Both the position numbers and the translations under genes were made by a program. This document shows positions 63,973 through 64,000 of a stretch of DNA of 64,000 nt, piece after piece. Position 1 is the first letter of the stretch; each line of letters opens with the position of its first letter. Origin of the DNA: Fonticula alba ATCC 38817 (taxonomy: Eukaryota > Protista > Nucleariida). The notes below the pieces were generated by a model that was given only the letters and a program-made list of their open reading frames with translations, searched no databases and was not told the DNA's origin. The stretch lies in the NCBI GenBank assembly GCA_000388065.2, contig KB932211.1; one strand, written 5' to 3'.

Positions 63973-64000
63973 GTTGTTGTTGTTGTTGTTGTTGTTGTTG
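63973..64000. repeat. (GTT)n microsatellite running off the window end
   Basis: Direct reading of the sequence. Confidence 0.85.

Overview
GC-rich, intron-dense eukaryotic genomic scaffold with eight N-gaps, many G/C homopolymers and intronic microsatellites. Gene content and intron style fit a unicellular opisthokont such as Fonticula; that organism call is inference only. By hand-splicing I built 15 protein-coding genes: an unknown gene (partial, minus), GPN2, an endophilin-like N-BAR protein with a ~900-aa His/Ser/Gly-rich tail, an ER DnaJ (Scj1/ERdj3-like), class II fumarase, a RapGAP, eL41/eS32 (25 aa, absent from the ORF track), DNMT2, UMP1/POMP, CHD1, mitochondrial uL13, SYF1/XAB2, a ~1,927-aa HPS5-like protein ending in a RING-H2, SF3A3/PRP9 and SNF8/VPS22. 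The complete multi-exon models sum to whole codons except RapGAP, which is one base short at a G6 run. I found no tRNA, rRNA, CRISPR array or mobile element. Most notable: (1) none of ~72 modelled introns has the canonical +4 A at the 5' splice site (consensus GT[G/A/T][C/T]G[T/C], mostly GTGCGT); (2) unusual domain architectures (HPS5+RING-H2, DNMT2 with an N-terminal Cys cluster and C-terminal NLS-like tail, BAR protein with a His-rich tail instead of SH3); (3) the tiny L41 gene, whose stop codon overlaps a perfect GTAAGT donor; (4) three intergenic stretches with splice signals that may hide unannotated genes. I cannot demonstrate a wholly new multi-gene system from sequence alone.
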